From Macrostomum lignano (taxonomy: Eukaryota), in the NCBI GenBank assembly GCA_002269645.1, contig NIVC01001157.1:1-64000 (forward strand): 64,000 nucleotides of DNA, given 5' to 3'. Below, piece after piece: positions 56,501-64,000 of this stretch (the stretch's first letter is position 1; every line of letters starts with the position of its first letter). The translations under genes and the position numbers were made by a program. The notes beneath the pieces were generated by a model. That model worked only from the letters and a program-made list of their open reading frames with translations, was not told the DNA's origin and did no database searches.

Positions 56501-59500
56501 CACTGACGCAGATACTGATAGTGACGCAGACACTGACGCAGATACTGATAGTGACGCAGACACTGACGCAGATACTGATAGTGACGCAGACACTGACGCA
56601 GATACTGATAGTGACGCAGACACTGACGCAGATACTGATAGTGACGCAGACACTGACGCAGATACTGATAGTGACGCAGACACTGACGCAGATACTGATA
56701 GTGACGCAGACACTGACGCAGATACTGATAGTGACGCAGACACTGACGCAGATACTGATAGTGACGCAGACACTGACGCAGATACTGATAGTGACGCAGA
56801 CACTGACGCAGATACTGATAGTGACGCAGACACTGACGCAGATACTGATAGTGACGCAGACACTGACGCAGATACTGATAGTGACGCAGACACTGACGCA
56901 GATACTGATAGTGACGCAGACACTGACGCAGATACTGATAGTGACGCAGACACTGACGCAGATACTGATAGTGACGCAGACACTGACGCAGATACTGATA
57001 GTGACGCAGACACTGACGCAGATACTGATAGTGACGCAGACACTGACGCAGATACTGATAGTGACGCAGACACTGACGCAGATACTGATAGTGACGCAGA
57101 CACTGACGCAGATACTGATAGTGACGCAGACACTGACGCAGATACTGATAGTGACGCAGACACTGACGCAGATACTGATAGTGACGCAGACACTGACGCA
57201 GATACTGATAGTGACGCAGACACTGACGCAGATACTGATAGTGACGCAGACACTGACGCAGATACTGATAGTGACGCAGACACTGACGCAGATACTGATA
57301 GTGACGCAGACACTGACGCAGATACTGATAGTGACGCAGACACTGACGCAGATACTGATAGTGACGCAGACACTGACGCAGATACTGATAGTGACGCAGA
57401 CACTGACGCAGATACTGATAGTGACGCAGACACTGACGCAGATACTGATAGTGACGCAGACACTGACGCAGATACTGATAGTGACGCAGACACTGACGCA
57501 GATACTGATAGTGACGCAGACACTGACGCAGATACTGATAGTGACGCAGACACTGACGCAGATACTGATAGTGACGCAGACACTGACGCAGATACTGATA
57601 GTGACGCAGACACTGACGCAGATACTGATAGTGACGCAGACACTGACGCAGATACTGATAGTGACGCAGACACTGACGCAGATACTGATAGTGACGCAGA
57701 CACTGACGCAGATACTGATAGTGACGCAGACACTGACGCAGATACTGATAGTGACGCAGACACTGACGCAGATACTGATAGTGACGCAGACACTGACGCA
57801 GATACTGATAGTGACGCAGACACTGACGCAGATACTGATAGTGACGCAGACACTGACGCAGATACTGATAGTGACGCAGACACTGACGCAGATACTGATA
57901 GTGACGCAGACACTGACGCAGATACTGATAGTGACGCAGACACTGACGCAGATACTGATAGTGACGCAGACACTGACGCAGATACTGATAGTGACGCAGA
58001 CACTGACGCAGATACTGATAGTGACGCAGACACTGACGCAGATACTGATAGTGACGCAGACACTGACGCAGATACTGATAGTGACGCAGACACTGACGCA
58101 GATACTGATAGTGACGCAGACACTGACGCAGATACTGATAGTGACGCAGACACTGACGCAGATACTGATAGTGACGCAGACACTGACGCAGATACTGATA
58201 GTGACGCAGACACTGACGCAGATACTGATAGTGACGCAGACACTGACGCAGATACTGATAGTGACGCAGACACTGACGCAGATACTGATAGTGACGCAGA
58301 CACTGACGCAGATACTGATAGTGACGCAGACACTGACGCAGATACTGATAGTGACGCAGACACTGACGCAGATACTGATAGTGACGCAGACACTGACGCA
58401 GATACTGATAGTGACGCAGACACTGACGCAGATACTGATAGTGACGCAGACACTGACGCAGATACTGATAGTGACGCAGACACTGACGCAGATACTGATA
58501 GTGACGCAGACACTGACGCAGATACTGATAGTGACGCAGACACTGACGCAGATACTGATAGTGACGCAGACACTGACGCAGATACTGATAGTGACGCAGA
58601 CACTGACGCAGATACTGATAGTGACGCAGACACTGACGCAGATACTGATAGTGACGCAGACACTGACGCAGATACTGATAGTGACGCAGACACTGACGCA
58701 GATACTGATAGTGACGCAGACACTGACGCAGATACTGATAGTGACGCAGACACTGACGCAGATACTGATAGTGACGCAGACACTGACGCAGATACTGATA
58801 GTGACGCAGACACTGACGCAGATACTGATAGTGACGCAGACACTGACGCAGATACTGATAGTGACGCAGACACTGACGCAGATACTGATAGTGACGCAGA
58901 CACTGACGCAGATACTGATAGTGACGCAGACACTGACGCAGATACTGATAGTGACGCAGACACTGACGCAGATACTGATAGTGACGCAGACACTGACGCA
59001 GATACTGATAGTGACGCAGACACTGACGCAGATACTGATAGTGACGCAGACACTGACGCAGATACTGATAGTGACGCAGACACTGACGCAGATACTGATA
59101 GTGACGCAGACACTGACGCAGATACTGATAGTGACGCAGACACTGACGCAGATACTGATAGTGACGCAGACACTGACGCAGATACTGATAGTGACGCAGA
59201 CACTGACGCAGATACTGATAGTGACGCAGACACTGACGCAGATACTGATAGTGACGCAGACACTGACGCAGATACTGATAGTGACGCAGACACTGACGCA
59301 GATACTGATAGTGACGCAGACACTGACGCAGATACTGATAGTGACGCAGACACTGACGCAGATACTGATAGTGACGCAGACACTGACGCAGATACTGATA
59401 GTGACGCAGACACTGACGCAGATACTGATAGTGACGCAGACACTGACGCAGATACTGATAGTGACGCAGACACTGACGCAGATACTGATAGTGACGCAGA

Positions 59501-62500
59501 CACTGACGCAGATACTGATAGTGACGCAGACACTGACGCAGATACTGATAGTGACGCAGACACTGACGCAGATACTGATAGTGACGCAGACACTGACGCA
59601 GATACTGATAGTGACGCAGACACTGACGCAGATACTGATAGTGACGCAGACACTGACGCAGATACTGATAGTGACGCAGACACTGACGCAGATACTGATA
59701 GTGACGCAGACACTGACGCAGATACTGATAGTGACGCAGACACTGACGCAGATACTGATAGTGACGCAGACACTGACGCAGATACTGATAGTGACGCAGA
59801 CACTGACGCAGATACTGATAGTGACGCAGACACTGACGCAGATACTGATAGTGACGCAGACACTGACGCAGATACTGATAGTGACGCAGACACTGACGCA
59901 GATACTGATAGTGACGCAGACACTGACGCAGATACTGATAGTGACGCAGACACTGACGCAGATACTGATAGTGACGCAGACACTGACGCAGATACTGATA
60001 GTGACGCAGACACTGACGCAGATACTGATAGTGACGCAGACACTGACGCAGATACTGATAGTGACGCAGACACTGACGCAGATACTGATAGTGACGCAGA
60101 CACTGACGCAGATACTGATAGTGACGCAGACACTGACGCAGATACTGATAGTGACGCAGACACTGACGCAGATACTGATAGTGACGCAGACACTGACGCA
60201 GATACTGATAGTGACGCAGACACTGACGCAGATACTGATAGTGACGCAGACACTGACGCAGATACTGATAGTGACGCAGACACTGACGCAGATACTGATA
60301 GTGACGCAGACACTGACGCAGATACTGATAGTGACGCAGACACTGACGCAGATACTGATAGTGACGCAGACACTGACGCAGATACTGATAGTGACGCAGA
60401 CACTGACGCAGATACTGATAGTGACGCAGACACTGACGCAGATACTGATAGTGACGCAGACACTGACGCAGATACTGATAGTGACGCAGACACTGACGCA
60501 GATACTGATAGTGACGCAGACACTGACGCAGATACTGATAGTGACGCAGACACTGACGCAGATACTGATAGTGACGCAGACACTGACGCAGATACTGATA
60601 GTGACGCAGACACTGACGCAGATACTGATAGTGACGCAGACACTGACGCAGATACTGATAGTGACGCAGACACTGACGCAGATACTGATAGTGACGCAGA
60701 CACTGACGCAGATACTGATAGTGACGCAGACACTGACGCAGATACTGATAGTGACGCAGACACTGACGCAGATACTGATAGTGACGCAGACACTGACGCA
60801 GATACTGATAGTGACGCAGACACTGACGCAGATACTGATAGTGACGCAGACACTGACGCAGATACTGATAGTGACGCAGACACTGACGCAGATACTGATA
60901 GTGACGCAGACACTGACGCAGATACTGATAGTGACGCAGACACTGACGCAGATACTGATAGTGACGCAGATACTGAGGCAGACACTGACGCAGATACTGA
61001 TAGTGACGCAGACACTGACGCAGATACTGATAGTGACGCAGACACTGACGCAGATACTGATAGTGACGCAGACACTGACGCAGATACTGATAGTGACGCA
61101 GACACTGACGCAGATACTGATAGTGACGCAGACACTGACGCAGATACTGATAGTGACGCAGACACTGACGCAGATACTGATAGTGACGCAGACACTGACG
61201 CAGATACTGATAGTGACGCAGACACTGACGCAGATACTGATAGTGACGCAGACACTGACGCAGATACTGATAGTGACGCAGACACTGACGCAGATACTGA
61301 TAGTGACGCAGACACTGACGCAGATACTGATAGTGACGCAGACACTGACGCAGATACTGATAGTGACGCAGACACTGACGCAGATACTGATAGTGACGCA
61401 GACACTGACGCAGATACTGATAGTGACGCAGACACTGACGCAGATACTGATAGTGACGCAGACACTGACGCAGATACTGATAGTGACGCAGACACTGACG
61501 CAGATACTGATAGTGACGCAGACACTGACGCAGATACTGATAGTGACGCAGACACTGACGCAGATACTGATAGTGACGCAGACACTGACGCAGATACTGA
61601 TAGTGACGCAGACACTGACGCAGATACTGATAGTGACGCAGACACTGACGCAGATACTGATAGTGACGCAGACACTGACGCAGATACTGATAGTGACGCA
61701 GACACTGACGCAGATACTGATAGTGACGCAGACACTGACGCAGATACTGATAGTGACGCAGACACTGACGCAGATACTGATAGTGACGCAGACACTGACG
61801 CAGATACTGATAGTGACGCAGACACTGACGCAGATACTGATAGTGACGCAGACACTGACGCAGATACTGATAGTGACGCAGACACTGACGCAGATACTGA
61901 TAGTGACGCAGACACTGACGCAGATACTGATAGTGACGCAGACACTGACGCAGATACTGATAGTGACGCAGACACTGACGCAGATACTGATAGTGACGCA
62001 GACACTGACGCAGATACTGATAGTGACGCAGACACTGACGCAGATACTGATAGTGACGCAGACACTGACGCAGATACTGATAGTGACGCAGACACTGACG
62101 CAGATACTGATAGTGACGCAGACACTGACGCAGATACTGATAGTGACGCAGACACTGACGCAGATACTGATAGTGACGCAGACACTGACGCAGATACTGA
62201 TAGTGACGCAGACACTGACGCAGATACTGATAGTGACGCAGACACTGACGCAGATACTGATAGTGACGCAGACACTGACGCAGATACTGATAGTGACGCA
62301 GACACTGACGCAGATACTGATAGTGACGCAGACACTGACGCAGATACTGATAGTGACGCAGACACTGACGCAGATACTGATAGTGACGCAGACACTGACG
62401 CAGATACTGATAGTGACGCAGACACTGACGCAGATACTGATAGTGACGCAGACACTGACGCAGATACTGATAGTGACGCAGACACTGACGCAGATACTGA

Positions 62501-64000
62501 TAGTGACGCAGACACTGACGCAGATACTGATAGTGACGCAGACACTGACGCAGATACTGATAGTGACGCAGACACTGACGCAGATACTGATAGTGACGCA
62601 GACACTGACGCAGATACTGATAGTGACGCAGACACTGACGCAGATACTGATAGTGACGCAGACACTGACGCAGATACTGATAGTGACGCAGACACTGACG
62701 CAGATACTGATAGTGACGCAGACACTGACGCAGATACTGATAGTGACGCAGACACTGACGCAGATACTGATAGTGACGCAGACACTGACGCAGATACTGA
62801 TAGTGACGCAGACACTGACGCAGATACTGATAGTGACGCAGACACTGACGCAGATACTGATAGTGACGCAGACACTGACGCAGATACTGATAGTGACGCA
62901 GACACTGACGCAGATACTGATAGTGACGCAGACACTGACGCAGATACTGATAGTGACGCAGACACTGACGCAGATACTGATAGTGACGCAGACACTGACG
63001 CAGATACTGATAGTGACGCAGACACTGACGCAGATACTGATAGTGACGCAGACACTGACGCAGATACTGATAGTGACGCAGACACTGACGCAGATACTGA
63101 TAGTGACGCAGACACTGACGCAGATACTGATAGTGACGCAGACACTGACGCAGATACTGATAGTGACGCAGACACTGACGCAGATACTGATAGTGACGCA
63201 GACACTGACGCAGATACTGATAGTGACGCAGACACTGACGCAGATACTGATAGTGACGCAGACACTGACGCAGATACTGATAGTGACGCAGACACTGACG
63301 CAGATACTGATAGTGACGCAGACACTGACGCAGATACTGATAGTGACGCAGACACTGACGCAGATACTGATAGTGACGCAGACACTGACGCAGATACTGA
63401 TAGTGACGCAGACACTGACGCAGATACTGATAGTGACGCAGACACTGACGCAGATACTGATAGTGACGCAGACACTGACGCAGATACTGATAGTGACGCA
63501 GACACTGACGCAGATACTGATAGTGACGCAGACACTGACGCAGATACTGATAGTGACGCAGACACTGACGCAGATACTGATAGTGACGCAGACACTGACG
63601 CAGATACTGATAGTGACGCAGACACTGACGCAGATACTGATAGTGACGCAGACACTGACGCAGATACTGATAGTGACGCAGACACTGACGCAGATACTGA
63701 TAGTGACGCAGACACTGACGCAGATACTGATAGTGACGCAGACACTGACGCAGATACTGATAGTGACGCAGACTGACAGACACTGACGCAGATACTGATA
63801 GTGACGCAGACACTGACGCAGATACTGATAGTGACGCAGACACTGACGCAGATACTGATAGTGACGCAGACACTGACGCAGATACTGATAGTGACGCAGA
63901 CACTGACGCAGATACTGATAGTGACGCAGACACTGACGCAGATACTGATAGTGACGCAGACACTGACGCAGATACTGATAGTGACGCAGACACTGACGCA
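38512..64000. repeat. Giant 30-bp tandem array (GACGCAGACACTGACGCAGATACTGATAGT)n, about 850 units, running off the window
   Basis: Two units per 60-nt line. Built from five 6-bp subunits that all begin GAY. One plus frame reads ([10 protein letters not shown])n without stops. Confidence 0.98.

Noticed and set aside
38430-63993. Minus-strand 8400-aa ORFs ([10 protein letters not shown], resembling bacterial serine-rich repeat adhesins; [10 protein letters not shown]) and the plus-strand [13 protein letters not shown]
   Set aside because: These are alternative frames of a stop-poor 30-mer with no visible unique domains, and the context is eukaryotic. Only the Asp frame connects to a spliced gene, although the minus-strand 5' end lies outside the window.

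Overview
Eukaryotic (invertebrate-type) nuclear DNA. The intron-filling minisatellites recall the flatworm Macrostomum, but the host cannot be confirmed from sequence. Bases 1-3364 are the right end of an AT-rich Polinton/Maverick (adintovirus-like) element. It carries an HNH-type endonuclease, a parvovirus-type phospholipase A2 (PLA2) domain running into an rve integrase, two small minus-strand ORFs and an AGTAGT...ACTACT terminal structure. The main finding is a 303-nt group I intron of subgroup IC1 (1024-1326), not flagged by the ORF track. It interrupts the PLA2 Ca2+-loop (FTG|PGT), has a fully pairable P1-P9 core with compensatory changes in P7, and ends in A rather than the canonical omega-G. 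The host part contains a 13+ exon minus-strand HUNK/MARK-like Ser/Thr kinase gene (about 14.1-30.0 kb) and a divergent plus-strand gene for a secreted C-type-lectin-like protein (33.0-38.4 kb). The last visible splice of that gene runs in frame into a >25 kb 30-bp tandem array that reads ([10 protein letters not shown])n. About 20 minisatellite or microsatellite arrays, two copies of a tRNA-derived SINE and two hAT-type MITEs fill the introns and intergenic space. All structure and splice calls were made by eye; no searches were run.
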